Shown here: positions 11,501 through 24,720 of the stretch, piece by piece
Position numbering within the stretch: position 1 is the stretch's first letter
How the letters are laid out: each line of letters opens with the position of its first letter
From: Felis catus
Taxonomy: Eukaryota
DNA: 64,000 nucleotides
Assembly (NCBI RefSeq): GCF_018350175.1
Contig: NC_058368.1
Span: 63,800,001-63,864,000, forward strand
Direction of reading: 5' to 3'
Translations under genes and position numbers: made by a program
Notes under the pieces: model-generated
What the model was told of the DNA's origin: nothing
The model's database searches: none
What the model saw: only the letters and a program-made list of their open reading frames with translations

Positions 11501-14090
11501 TTCAAGTTTCATTGTGTTGTGGTCTGAAAATATGCACGGTATGATCTTGATATTTTTGTACTTACTTAGGGCTGATTTGTGTCCCAGTATATGGTCTATT
11601 CTGGAGAATGTTCCATGTGCACTGGAGAAGAATGTATATTCTGCTGCTTTAGGATGAAATGTTCTGAATATATCTGTGAAGTCCATCTGGTCCAGTGTGT
11701 CATTCAAAGCCATTGTTTCCTTGTTTATTTTTTGGTTAGAGGAATTGTCCATTGCTGTGAGTGGGGTGTTGAAGTCTCCTACTATTATGGTATTACTATC
11801 GATGAGTTTCTTTATATTTGTGATTAATTAATGTATATGTTTGGGTGCTACAACATTTGGCTCATGAATGTTTACAATTGTTAGGTGTTCTTGGTGGATA
11901 GACCCTTTGATTATGACATAATGCCCTTCTGCATCTCTTGATACAGTCTTTTAAGTCTAGATTGTCTGATATGAGTATGGCTACTCCGGCTTTATTTTGT
12001 TGACCATTAACATGATAGATGGTTCTCCATCCCCTTACTTTCAATCTGAAGGTGTCTTTAGGTCTAAAGTGGGTCTCTTGTAAACAGCATATAGATGGAT
12101 CTTGTTTTCTTATCCATTCTGTTACCCTGTGTCTTTTGATTGGAGCATTGAGTCCATTGACGTTTAGAGTGAGTACTGAAAGATATGAATTCATTGCCAT
12201 TATGATGCTTGCAGAGTTGGAGTTTCTGGTGGTGTTATCTGGTATTTTCTAATCTTTGTTGCTTTTGGTATTTATTTATTTATTTATTTATTTATTTATT
12301 TCTATATATTTTCATCTTTTCTCCCCTCAGAGAGTCCCCCTTAAAATTTATTGCAGGGCTGGTTTAGTGGTCACAAACTCCTTAATTTTTGTTTGTCTGG
12401 GAAATTTTTTATCTCTCCTTCTATTTTGAATGACAGCCTTGCTGGATAAAGAATTCTTGGCTGCATATTTTTCTGATTCAGCACACTGAGTATATCCTGC
12501 CACTCCTTTCTGGACTGCCAAGTTTCTGTGGATAGATCTGTCTTCCTTTGTTGCTTAGGGACTTTTTTTCCCTTGCTGCTTTCATGATTCTCTCCTTGGC
12601 TGAGTATTTTGTGAATTTGACTATGATATGCCTTGTTGATGGTCGGTTCTTGTTGAATCTAATGGGTGTCCTCTCTGCTTCCTGGATTTTGATGTCTTGG
12701 TCTTTCCCCAGGTTAGGTCGCTATGATATGCTCACATAACCCTTCTAGCCCTATTTCTCTCTTTTCCTCTTCCGGGACTCCTGTGATTCTGATGTTGTTC
12801 CTTTTTAACGAGTTAATGATTTCTCTGATTCTTAAATCATGCTCTTCTGCCTTAATCTCCCTCTTTTTTTTCTGCTTCATTATTCTCTACATTTGCTCCC
12901 TATATCGCTGATTCTCTGTTCTGCCTCATTCATTCTTGCCGCCGCTGCATCCATCCATGATTGCAGCTCAGTTATAGCATTTTTAATTTCATTTTGGTTA
13001 TTTTTTACTTCTTTTATCTCCACAGGAAGGGGTTCTAAACTATTTTCGACTCCAGCTAGTATTATTATTATGGTGATTCTAAATTCTGGTTCAGACATCT
13101 TGCTTATATCTGTGTTGGTTAAATCCCTGGCTGTCGTTTCTTCGTGCTCTTTCTTTTGGGGTGAATTCCTTTGTTTTGTCATTTTGAAGGGAGAAAAGGA
13201 ATTAATGAGGTAGAAAAATGAAAATTAAAAAATTAAAATAAAAAAATATTAAAATTAAAAAACTAAACACACACACACAGAAATCAAATAAGTGATGCTA
13301 GATCCTAGGTGTATGTTGGTCTGGGTGTTGAAAGTGGTTTCATAGATTAGAGAAAGAAGGGGGGGAAGAAAAAAAAGGAAATAGTTTGAGAATGTGAAAA
13401 AATCAATACACTGAAGTAGACTAAAATGAGATGATGGGAGTAAAATAGAATTTGAAAAAATATACGCAAATTAAAGAATATAGTAGAAAAAAATTAAAGA
13501 AAAATATTTTTAATAAAAATTAAAAATAAATAAGATTTTTTTCTTTTTCTACATTCAAGAAAAAGAAATGAAAAAGAGAAAAGTAAAAAAAAGAAAAAAG
13601 GAAATCGTTTGGAAATTTGAAAAGGTGAATACACTGAAGTAGACTAAAATAAAATGATGGAAGTAAAATAGAATTTGAAAAAATTTACACAAAAGAAAAA
13701 ATATAGTAATAAAAATTAAAAATATTTTTAATAAAAATTGAAAATAAAAGTGATTTTTTTCTTTCTGTATTCAAGAAAAAGAAAAGTGTAAAAGAGAAAA
13801 AAAAGAAAGAAAATTGAATAGATGGACCTGCTAACAGATTGAAGTAGGACTGAAATTACTTTGTTTTCCCCAAGAAGTCAGACTATGTAGTGCTTTATAG
13901 TCCATAAACTAAGCAGGCGGTGAGACTTGTGTTCTTGCGGACCAAAGTTGGCCCACTTGGGCGGGGCTCAGTGTAAGGGCTCCACTCTCCATTAGATGGC
14001 GCTGCTAGCCTACTGGGGTGGAGTGTTGTGGCGCTGGTAGGTGTGTATGCGCATGCGCAGGAGCGGTAAAAAGGGTAACACCCAGCTACC
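8124..14090 (-). mobile_element. Near-full-length carnivore/felid LINE-1 of a different subfamily, truncated in the 5'UTR, inactivated
   Basis: ORF1 fragment MTKQRNSPQKKEHEE (13182). ORF2 starts MAMNSYLSVLTLNVNGLNAPIKRHRV (12200), with EN/RT/C-terminal fragments at 11261-11752, 10524-11075, 9944-10204, 9287-9897 and 8327-8953. Many frameshifts. T-rich tail near 8124-8160. No TSD found. Confidence 0.95.
13372..13805. repeat. Diverged tandem duplication (period about 223 bp) in the L1 5'UTR
   Basis: aatacactgaagtagactaaaat at 13405 and 13628; agtaaaatagaatttgaaaaaat and aatatttttaataaaaatt are also repeated. Confidence 0.9.
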
Positions 14091-14103
14091 CCAGGATTCA
14101 CTT

Positions 14104-14343
14104 AAAAAAATGTTTTTTAATGTTTATTTTATTTTTGAGAGAGAGAGAGAGGACAGAGAGAGAGAGACAGAGAGCAGGGGAGGAGCAGACAGAGAGACAG
14201 AGAGACAGAGACAGAATCCAAAGCAGGCCCTGGGCTCTGAGCTCTCAACACAGAGCCTGATTTGGGGATTGAACCCATGAACCATAATATCATGACCTGA
14301 GCGGAAGTCGGATGCTTAACCAACTGAACCATGTAGGCACCCC
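14104..14343 (-). mobile_element. CAN-SINE with TSD
   Basis: Reverse SINE with (GA)n tract; TSD ccaggattcactt at 14091-14103 and 14344-14356. Confidence 0.93.
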
Positions 14344-14389
14344 CCAGGATTCACTTTTTAAGTTGAATGTTGGTGGATTCCTGGCACAC

Positions 14390-14850
14390 ACAGTGAAAAT
14401 TACCATCACCTTTTTGTAGGGCAATGTGATATGTGTCTATAATTTTTGAAATTTCCATGTACTTTGACCCAAAAATTTTACCTTGAAGAACATAGACATT
14501 TGCTTAAAGATACTTGTATGAAGATGCTCATTGAAGTGATTTTTGCAAGTAAAAATATATTGGAAAATTTACAAATATTTTTAAATAGGGATTGGTTAAG
14601 TAAATAATGCAATACATATAATAGTGGAATAACGCTTAGGTATTGAAATTATTTTGTGAATTATTGTTTATTATTGTAAAAAGATATTTATAATATATCA
14701 CCCATGAGACTCGATCTTGGGCAGAGTATATTTATATAATATGAACTCTTAAAATATACATATCGGGAAAAATATATTTTAGGTTAACAATGTGTCTCTG
14801 GTTAAACTGTGAGTTTTTTAACATACTCATTTGTTTATATTTTTCTGATT
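14390..14850 (+). mobile_element. Ancient L1ME-like 3' fragment
   Basis: tactttgacccaaaaattttacctt...gaagatgctcattgaag...aaatagggattggttaagtaaataat resembles degenerate L1 ORF2 end/3'UTR. Confidence 0.55.
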
Positions 14851-16929
14851 TTTACATCATGGAATAATGTTTGGAAAGTACTGGTGTAAATTATACTTCA
14901 TGTAATGAACTTAGTTCAGTTTCCTGGCTGTTCACATTTTTAGATTGATTTTTATTTTCTTTATTCTTTATTGCTTATTGTCTGCTTTTATCCTAATATT
15001 AAGGCTTAAGTCCAGTTGCAGCCAAGCCTGTTTTTGACATTCCTTCTCCTCAAATCTGCTCATACAGAGGGAATCAATAGCTTCCCTTCTTGATGGTCTC
15101 AAAGCAGGTGCTTATAGGCCTGTCATTGTATCTGGCACACAGTATTGCAGTGATTTCCTTACATATTTCTCTCCTACTATGGAATTGAAATCTAGATGAT
15201 GGCACTAAATATGTCTTGTTGAATTTTGTTTTCTTCAAGGTACTTAATATATACTTAAGAGCCTGACAGACTGAATGAATGGCCTTCTCCATGTATCAGG
15301 TGCAGATGAGAATGTGAGATGAGAATTACCTAATTTCAGACTCGGTTGTATTGAAGGTTACAGCCATTCTTTTTGTCATTTTAAAATCACCATAAAATTA
15401 ATTAACTTAAAAATAATTCTGAGAATTTTAAACAAGATACCATATACAGTAACTGATAATTCCTAGACGGACTCTTAGAAAACATATATAAGCATGTTCT
15501 AAAATTTATGAACAATTTTGATCCTTCAATTTAGAGCATTCTGGAAATATATGGACCTACATGCAAATAGTGATTAGTGAAATGGTATGTATAATGTCAT
15601 TAATATACATTTGAAAGGGATTTTCAATTTAATGTATCCCTTTTATAAGAAAAATGAGCTGAACAACTATATAATAAAAGGCACAGATCCCAAAGGACAT
15701 TTAAAGTTTTGAGAAACATCAAAAACAATAAATATTTTGTACTAGGTAGATTTCCTATATGTACTTTGCTAGAAGAGTACAGAATATTTATTGGTTTTCA
15801 TCTCCATTGCTAAATAGAATACAAAATATTGATGAGAATATCATTAGAGTCCCAAAACAACAATAAATAAATATTCCAGTATGTTTGACTTTAGAAAAAA
15901 ACCTTTTAAAATTCCTGTCAGCTCAAGATAAAATTTTAAAAATATATAGAGTTAATTGCCTGATTGAGAAAACTGCTATTTTGTGTAGAGAGGATATTGT
16001 CTGGCATTCAACTCCCAGAGGAGTCTCTATTTTGAGTTAAAAGAAATTATGAAGCCTCTTACCTGCACAGCACAGTAGCATATTATTTAGTAGTTCCCCT
16101 AATACATACAAATCATAGCAGAGGTGATCTCTATATACCAGAACGTCCTTTTAGAGATAGTTATGTCAGTTGACAAATGCCTTCCATAGAATCAGCCTCC
16201 ATGCATTGTTCTGCCCCTTCAAAATTCACTGTGCTTTGTTTCATCTCACTGTGCTTACTAACCAGTTTGAAAGTCAGTGCAGTCTTTTGTATTATTTTTC
16301 CAAAAATAGCAATAATAGGAACAATGTGCAGTAATTAGGACACTTAAATTGATGGCCGAATTTAAATGTTCTATTATCTTCTTAGCTGCGGATGCTATCT
16401 GTAGATGTGCATGTGATTTTTTGGAATAGCCCTATTGGCATCATGTGTGAGTATCACGTAAAGTTAAATGGCAAGCAGCAGTGCACCAAAATATATTATT
16501 GAAGAATATAATCAACCACGGGATGGAAACAGATTACTGAGGTATAGATTTGCTAGTAAGGGTAGGTGTATAATATAGACCATAGCCTGATTTTGCTTAA
16601 CTGTCATAAAATATACTAGGAAAACTATGTGTTCGATGGGAATGAGATTTTATTCAAAGACATTATTTAAAGACAGATGTTTAGAAAATATATTTAAAAA
16701 CAAAAATATATATAGCAGAGAAATTCTGTATTATAAAATCATGTCAGTTATTTGGTAAAGATCTTGAAGAAATCTCAAAACCTTGTTGCAACATCAAGGG
16801 AACATGATTGATCCCTGCTTGGTCCAAAGCAAATTGGACCTTTCCCTTTGTGGTAAGTATTAATTTCTGGAAGATCTCCAAAAGTCACAGTCTTTGTCTT
16901 TCCTGCCATACCTATGTACTGTGCTTATA

Positions 16930-17200
16930 TATTCAACAAATATTATTGAGTACCTGTTATATTCTAGGAATAGAGCTAGGTACTGGGAATACAAAGCTAA
17001 ATAAGGAGGGCTGGGAAATATGGTTCAGCATGAAAGAACTTAAGGTTTGTAGTGGAGACCTGGCAACAAATCCAGGCTCTACTTCTTACAGAATGTGGGT
17101 CGTGGGAAAGTGGCTTAATCTCTTTGTCTTGCAGTTTCTTCCCTAGAAAATGGGGAGAAAAGCATTAGATTCCACACAAGGTTAGAATGAAGAATAAGTG
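16930..17200. mobile_element. L2 tail plus MIR relic
   Basis: attcaacaaatattattgagtacctgttat (L2); aaatccaggctctacttctt...gggaaagtggcttaatctctttgtcttgcagtttctt (MIR). Confidence 0.6.
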
Positions 17201-17668
17201 TAAGAATTTGTATGTATGTATATACACATTATGTATAAAATGTGTATCTATATGTATGCATGTATATATAAACACATTACATGTATGCATGTATATGTAG
17301 ATACCAAATATTTATATAATATTCTATACATAATACTCCTATACTCTTTACCACAGATGTTGGGAAACCACTGAATATTTTAAGCAAGGCTGTATTAGTT
17401 TTAGATTTGCATTTTTGAAAGATCACATTGGCAGGAGAAAGAAGGTAAATCAAAGAGGTGAGAAATAGCCAAGCTAGTTGGCTGATGTAATTGATAAGAG
17501 ATAATAAAGGCTTATACTAGGAGTGCAGCTAGGATGAAAGATCAACTCCTCTAAATGGAGACAGAAGAAGACTACAGAAGAGGTGGGAGGAGTCCAGAAT
17601 GATATTCAAAACTTTGTGGGGAACTGAATGGATGCTGGTAGTGTTAACCTGAAAGAAAAGGGTTAGCC

Positions 17669-17885
17669 CAGTGGATCCCAACTGGGGGTGATTTTGCCTT
17701 TCAGGGGACATTTGGCAATGCCTGGAAATATTTTTGGTTGTTCTCTGGAGATATTTTGATTGTCACAAGTTGGAATGGGTGGGGAATTCTATTGGCATAT
17801 ATTGAGTCAAGCTTAGTCTTCAATAATGCCTACATCCTTAACAACAAAGAATATCCCGCTCCTATCACTGAGGTTGAGAAACCTG
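17669..17885 (+). mobile_element. MER20 hAT-Charlie element
   Basis: cagtggatcccaactgggggtgattttgcctttcaggggacatttggcaatgcctgga ... acaacaaagaatatcc ... gaggttgagaaacctg. Confidence 0.85.
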
Positions 17886-18150
17886 ACATCAAGGAAAAGA
17901 AGCAGGATTTAGACACTTTGGTAGAGAAGGGAAATGTTAAACTCAGGTTTGGATATTTTGAATTTGAAGTGCCTTTAAACATGGTGCTCATTGTGCTTAA
18001 GTTACATGACGAAAAATCAAGTAGTGGGGTGACGGAATAAAGTTGAAAAATTAGTTGCAGCCACAAACCACAGAGAACAGAGTATATATAAACAGTATAG
18101 AAAGATTCAGTTAGGCATATCTGCAGACATTATGGTTATTTCTGAACACA

Positions 18151-18159
18151 ATATATGTA

Positions 18160-18190
<31 letters not shown>

Positions 18191-18260
18191 ACATATATAT
18201 ATATACACACACACACACATACATATATATACACACACCCATAATGCATACATATATATT

Positions 18261-18313
<53 letters not shown>
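18151..18313. repeat. Compound (TG)/(TA)/(CA) microsatellite
   Basis: Alternating dinucleotide tracts read directly. Confidence 0.95.
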
Positions 18314-18315
<2 letters not shown>

Positions 18316-20230
18316 GTTTATATAAAAGAGAATAACAATGTGGGCTCTTTCTTCTTTGGGTGTTTTCAAATAAGTTATTTAGCTATTTTATGGAATTGAG
18401 TAATGCACCATGTTTTCATGTCCTAAGAAACAACATAGGATACATACTGTCTTCAAGAACTTTCTCTCTTTATAAAATATTTCAGAGGTTTAAATAGTCA
18501 CTATACATTTAAATTCATGATGGGCTGGACCAGAGAATGCAAACTGAAAGAGGTGGGAAAAGATCAGATTTGAAAGCAAAGCTTGTTTTGCTCCTGACTC
18601 ATCACAAGGTTGTACCACCTCATATTTTACTTAACTTCTTCCTAAAGGGTGGACATCATGTAGATGATGTAATATTGATGAATTTCAGCTGAATTCTAAT
18701 AGTAAACAGGAACATAATACTGGTGTGATGATTTTATCTATAGCATATTTCTTGTTTTCACATTGCTTTGTTTTATATTTTAGGAACACTTTTTGGTGGT
18801 GGGGGGAGCTCCATGTATTCTTCTCATGGATCTGTTAGTTCCCAAGATTTAATTAATAAGGCCAACTAATTCAGATAATTGATTCCATGGTTGAAAATTT
18901 TGAGCCAATTATCCACCCAAATTGACCTTTCTGATGTAATACTATTTAAATTGCTATCCTCAGCTTATGTTTAATTATTGTATCTGAATAATGTTTAATG
19001 AGTTCCCATGCTTAATTACTGTTTCTGACTAATGTAAATGCTCTTAAGTAATCTCTGTCATTATCAGCTAAGCAACTTAAGCTCTGTGGGGTCTGTCCTC
19101 AGCTGATTTCCAGGCTCATCTTGCACTATGGGCCCCTCTTGTATATTATGTGCTAGCCCCTGGCATTCTCTTAGTTCCCATAATGCACAGAGGTGTTTCA
19201 TATCTTCGGGCATCACAGCTGCAATTTCCCCTTACTTCTGCTCTGGTCTTTAGATATCAGCCTATGACAGTAACTGAAGAACACTTTCTTTTCTGGTTTT
19301 CCAGAATACTTTTCTCATGGACTGACTTCATTTTAGCATTACATGTCATTGTGCAATTTACCTTTATATCAGGTACTACAATTGTTGTTGTTTTTTGTTT
19401 TGTTATCTGTGTTTATTGGATTTTGTGTCACAAGCTGTAAAGTACTTGTAACTCACCATTGAATACTCTACAGTATTTGTTAGTTAAAAGTAACTGAATG
19501 AATAAGAATCAATGAATGACTCAGTCAACCACAAAAATTGATAGGCTTTTAATTGCCACTATTATACATATATGGGTTTCTAAAGCTGTGGCATTAGCAC
19601 AGTGACTGAAAAATACAAATGTAAACAAAAATCAGAAAGTGAAAAATAAAGACACGAGTGAAATGACAGCCACAAGCCAGTAGGGAGCTTGGAGAAGACT
19701 TCAGGACAATTGTGAAGTGGATAACCCATGCCGTTGGCATTCAGATGCAGTATTTTTAACACTATGGATGCCAATGAATAATAAGTTAAGTTTGTGCATC
19801 TAGCATGTTAGTTCTCAATCGCTGGGGGCAGTGGGAGCTTGGAAACACTAATGTCAGGCAGATGGTTGGTTTATGGTCACACAGCAGAGCTCTGCTTAGA
19901 TACACCAAGCCAAAGACCCAAATGTACCTTTGCATATTTTCAAGAATATACATTCAATTAGGCTCTTTCTAACATGTGCCATTCATTCAAAGTGTTACAT
20001 TAAAATATTTATGAATATAGAACAAGTCTAAGAGTAGTCTTATTCAAAGAATCTCAACAGAAATTTGTTTTTAAGATCCAAAATAAACTTTCATTCAGCA
20101 ACTAAGAAATATTTGTCAAAAAGTTAGGTGGGACTATGTGTAGGCAGCATCTAATATGGCCACCAATGGTCCCTGCCTCCTGGATTCACAGCCTTGTGTA
20201 AGGTTTTCTACTTGAGTGTAGGCTGGACTT

Positions 20231-20352
20231 TTTTTAAAATTTTAAGTAGGCTTCACACCCCATGTGGAGCCTGTGTTCATGACCCTGAGATCAAGACCTG
20301 AGTTGAGATCAAGAGTCAGACACTTAACTGACTGACCCACCCAGGCACGCCA
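20231..20352 (-). mobile_element. Short CAN-SINE lacking the CT tract
   Basis: TSD agtgtaggctggactt (20215-20230) and agtgtaggctagactt (20353-20368). Confidence 0.9.
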
Positions 20353-20518
20353 AGTGTAGGCTAGACTTATTGACTCAGTTCTAATAAAAAGAATATGATA
20401 GAAAAGATGAGCCGACACTTTAGAGATTTGGTTATAAAAAGACTGTGTCTTCAGTCGCGGGTATTCTTTCTTGTTGTCTCTCACATCACTTCCTCTCTGG
20501 AAAGCCAGCTACCATGTT

Positions 20519-20990
20519 ACAAGTGTGGCAATAGATGAAGACTACCCAGTGAGTACAAGCAAAGATTATTTATTCAGAGCTGGTCATATAGCAAGAGAGT
20601 CTGTCACTGTCACTTAAATGTGGCAGAGACTCAAAGGCAGGCAGAAGTGTGGGCAAGCTTGACAGAGGGCAAAAAAGGGAGGGCTTCAGGTATGCACTTA
20701 TTGGGGGCTGTTATGGCAGAGCTGAAGGTGGACTAGAGAACATTCTACTGGTTAGGGGAGCAATTTTGCTTTCTCTGGTTGGTCTTCAATTGAATCCAGG
20801 GGGCAGAACATAGGGAAGCTGACAGTCTTGACCATTTGTGCCCAGTTGCTACAGAGGTCATGGTTTTACCTCCTAAGCAGGTTGCTGCAGAGGTTACAAT
20901 CTGGTTTTCTGGACTGGTTGCTGCAGGTTGTGGGACAGAGTTGTGTTTCTATAGATGGTCTCATCATTGTCCTTTTGTGTATTCTGCCTC
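20519..20990 (-). mobile_element. Probable ERV LTR nested in the MLT1 (family uncertain, MER89/MER90-like)
   Basis: About 470 bp interrupting a colinear MLT1; contains tttattcagagc...ggcagagactcaaaggcaggcaga, recalled from ERV LTR consensus. Confidence 0.55.
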
Positions 20991-21553
20991 TTGAGAGGCA
21001 GTCTTGTGGAGAGGCCCACATAAATGAGACTGGATGCAGATTTTCAGAGCCCACCATGACCTATGTGACTGACCTTGGAAGCAGATGTTCGTGCAATGGA
21101 GCTTTGAGATGACCACATTTCTGGAAGACCCCTAGATTGCAGCCTATGGGAGCCCTCAGCTGAGATAACCTAGCTAAGATGCTGATTTCTGACCAAAAAA
21201 TATTTTGCAATAATAAATGTTTATGGAGTCAGGCACTAAATTATGGCCATTTTGTTATGTAGCAATAACTAACTAATATAGATGGGAAGGATATAGTGTT
21301 TGGTCAGTCAGATTGCCAAGAAATTTAGCTCAGAAAGTTCAAGTGGTTTTGTCTGGGAGGCACAGGCAATTGTAATATTTCTCAGAAGGCACCATTTCTC
21401 TCTAAGAATATAAAAACTAAGAAAGAGTTAAGTTATTATTCTTTACACCTTCTCTTCCTCTTCTACATTCTATTTTGTTTAATGACAGCATCATCTACCT
21501 TGCCCAGTAGCCAAGAATATTTTGAGTTATCCTTGATTCTTGAAACAAATATT

Positions 21554-21787
21554 GGGGCGCCTGGGTGGCACAGTCGGTTAAGCGCCCAACTTCAGCCAGG
21601 TCACAATCTCGCGGTCCGTGAGTTCGAGCCCCGCGTCAGGCTCTGGGCTGATGGCTCAGAGCCTGGAGCCTGTTTTCGACTCTGTGTCTCCCTCTCTCTC
21701 TGCCCCTCCCCCGTTCATGCTCTGTCTCTCTCTGTCCCAAAAATAAATAAAAAACGTTGAAAAAAAATAAAAAAAAAAAAAAAGAAA
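21554..21787 (+). mobile_element. Young felid CAN-SINE (SINEC_Fc type)
   Basis: Near-consensus body, long A tail; TSD gaaacaaatatt at 21542-21553 and 21788-21799. Confidence 0.97.
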
Positions 21788-22833
21788 GAAACAAATATTT
21801 ATGGAGTCTCTACTGTGTACAAGATAGTGTTCTGTCACTTAGAATACAACAGGGAGCTCACATTCCAATGAAAAAAAGAGGGTAATTCTTGTGTGGGGAG
21901 TCAGGGCAAATTTTGTATCATCACACAGTATGTGATAAAGAATATGCTTTGTTGAGACACCCTATAATCCAAACATGGGTCCCTTACTTCTTCTGTAATC
22001 CAATGGGGACTACTTCTAGACATGAAATTGGTCTGTGGTCCAAGGAAGAGCCATCACTCTGTTTCCTTTCCTTCTTACTGTGAGAGCATGTGAACAACTA
22101 TTTGCTATTGGAGGGACTACTTGAGTACCCAGGTCATCTGGGCAATAGTTTAGAGTTGTTGTCTGGGAAATCCAGCTGCTCAACCCATGGAAACCTGAGA
22201 ACGGCTTAGGCTGACATTGTTATCTCATTCCATCCATGTACCAATATATGGTCATCTACGTTATGAATATATCTGTATTCTTTTTCTACAAATATATGTG
22301 TATATTATGCTCCCATTTCTCACATTTGTTTTCTTTCTCCTGATTTTGAAACTGATTTTATTTTGTTTTAAATAATATAAAATCATCAAATTTGTTGACA
22401 CCAGGATATTGCTGTTGCAATAACAACGTTAACTATTACTGATGCCAGGTAGATTCGTGTGCATTCACTGTGAACCAGAAACTGATTGTACAGTTGGATG
22501 AAAAATATATTTTATTTTTCGTAGGGAATCTAATGCCTTATGATCAGAGGTGACTTAATGCACTAATATTGCACCTTATTAAACAGTGTTCCGCAATATA
22601 GCATAACTATGGATTTTTATAAAATTTGGCGACATTTTAAAACATTGTAACATACCTTGGTCAGGTTAATCATTCTAGGAAAGATCAGATGTCTGTAGTC
22701 ATATGCTGATTGCTCAGCTCCTTTTTTAGCCAGAGGGAAATTACTCAGAAGCTTCCTGTAAAATCATGCCATTGACCTCTGTGAGGGGTCTGTGTGGTTA
22801 TTCTATTTATTATTCTTTTGTTAAATCCATATA

Positions 22834-23074
22834 CAGTAAAACCTTGGTTTGTGAGCATAATCTGCTCCAGAAATATGCTTTTAATCCAAAACATTTGCAT
22901 ATCAAAATAAATTTCAAGAACCATTGTCTCAGTTGTGGTCCTGTGACATTCGGCATCACGTACTACTTGTATTGCAAGATATCCTCATTTATCAGGTAAA
23001 AATTTATTAGAAATGTTTGCTCATCTTGCAGAACACTTAACAGAACAATTTCCTCGCAATCCAAGGTCTTATGG
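22834..23074. mobile_element. Tc1/mariner (Tigger-like) MITE, 241 bp
   Basis: Left TIR CAGTAAAACCTTGGTTTGTGAG; right TIR reverse-complemented CCATAAGACCTTGGATTGCGAG; TA on both sides (22832-22833, 23075-23076). Confidence 0.85.
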
Positions 23075-24454
23075 TATTTATTTATTGTGACTATTTAAAA
23101 ATTATTTAGTACTAACCTTAGTATTATACCATAATTACATTTTCTTTCTTATACAACTTTTTATTTTATCTGGAGTTAATATTTGCTTTCCTTTTCAACT
23201 TGCTTAATTTTCCTAGAACTAATGATTAAGCGTTCTCATGTCTGCAACAGGAATGTGAAAGCATTTATCCTTTAATGGTGGATTTTCCCTTGTGTTTCAT
23301 GCTACACATATTACCTCCATGACTACGTATTTAAAATGTTTTATTTTTGTTTTGAGTTTCCTTGCCACTCTCAGAGGTAAAGTTATTGTCCAGTTTTCCT
23401 TTTCCAAATTGTAAGTGGCAGTGTGTTTCTCAATTTATACCTCCTCTCTAAACAGATTCACTTATTTTATGTATACATGATTGGCATCAGTAAACATTTC
23501 ATGTAAGTTTTTGCAAAAATGAGGGCCTCACTCACCATGTTCTACATTGAGGTTAGTATCTGTATTTTGCTTAGATTTTATGATGATTGAGACATATACT
23601 CTTGGTGTTTTTCATTTTTCCAACTGTTCCAACTATCCAGAGATGATACTAAACCAGCACAGTAACCACAGGCTTTGCTTATCATCCTTCACCTGTGGAT
23701 CCTTTAAGATACGAATCACATGCTTTCTGCGATTGATGCACATTTTCTGAAACTGAGCTGCAAGGTCCTCAGTTCGTTCTCATATTATGCCTGTAGTTAA
23801 TTGGTATTTTGATTGAACCAGCAGAAGTATAAAAATGCCTATGAATCAAAGGAAATTATTCTCATTAGATATGAAACAAAGAAAGCAGTGGTTTCAAGAA
23901 CAAATATTATTCAAAAATATTCTCATTAAAAGAAATTGCTCTCTCTGGTATAATAAAATTCTTCTAAAGAGAAGCATCTGGCAGAATCATATAACTTGCT
24001 GTAGCATAACATTTGGGATGAATTAAGTTGCTTCATGTCACAAAATGCTTTTCAAGGCTTCTCAGTATTTTGTCTTCATTTCAACTTATCTGTGTCTCAC
24101 AGTTCTCCAATTAGATCATTTTTTACTTTGTATTTCTTTAAAGGCATCACATTATGAATATTATAGGGAAGTTACAGTCCCTTGAAGGTTAGAAATATTG
24201 CCAAGTGGCATTAGTTCAGGCCTGTGTGGGGAATGTGCAAGTTTTTCTGTGCTGGATTCACCTGTACCTGTTTTCTATATGAATGGGTGGGAAGGGTGAA
24301 CTATAAATACTTAGGCAAATGAGCTGTAGAACTGGACACTGGGAAAAGACAGTGATTTCAGCCCATGGGTTCACTTGCCACCTGTGTTTCACCCAACATT
24401 TGAGCACCATTGAGTTAATTCCTAGAAGAAACATTAGAATTATGCTTGTCAATG

Positions 24455-24720
24455 GGTCTTAAAGTTGGAAGGAATTTTAGAGGTCATTTCATCCTCTAGA
24501 CTCTTCTCCCTCCAGATCAATTGTTTAAGTGACTCCTCTCATAGGGCACTGGCTACTTTTCAAGGAAACCTGTTCCATTGTCCCAAAGCTTTTATTAAAG
24601 ATAGGCTTTTTTTTTCCATTATTTTCTTTCTGGGTCTAGCAAATTCTTTGAACCCAACTTCAATAAGGGCCTTTAAATTTCTGAAGGCAGTTTCTACATA
24701 TCCCCTAAATATTTTTCCAG
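24455..24720 (-). mobile_element. Possible L3/CR1 relic
   Basis: aagttggaaggaattttagaggtcatt and ctacttttcaaggaaacctgttccattg resemble the reverse-strand L3 3' region. Confidence 0.45.

Larger units (their letters stand above)
20137..21280 (+). mobile_element. MLT1F-like MaLR solo LTR, interrupted twice
   Basis: taggcagcatctaatatggccaccaatggtccctgcctcctgg start; gccagctaccatgtt is continued by gagaggcagtcttgtggagaggcccac after the insert; ends ttgttatgtagcaataactaactaatata. Confidence 0.8.

Noticed and set aside
18132..18399. ORFs rich in CV/YI/HT repeats (also 36468-36858)
   Set aside because: Translations of dinucleotide microsatellites.
21554..21640. tRNA-like A/B boxes
   Set aside because: Head of a tRNA-derived CAN-SINE followed by CT tract, A tail and TSD; not a tRNA gene.
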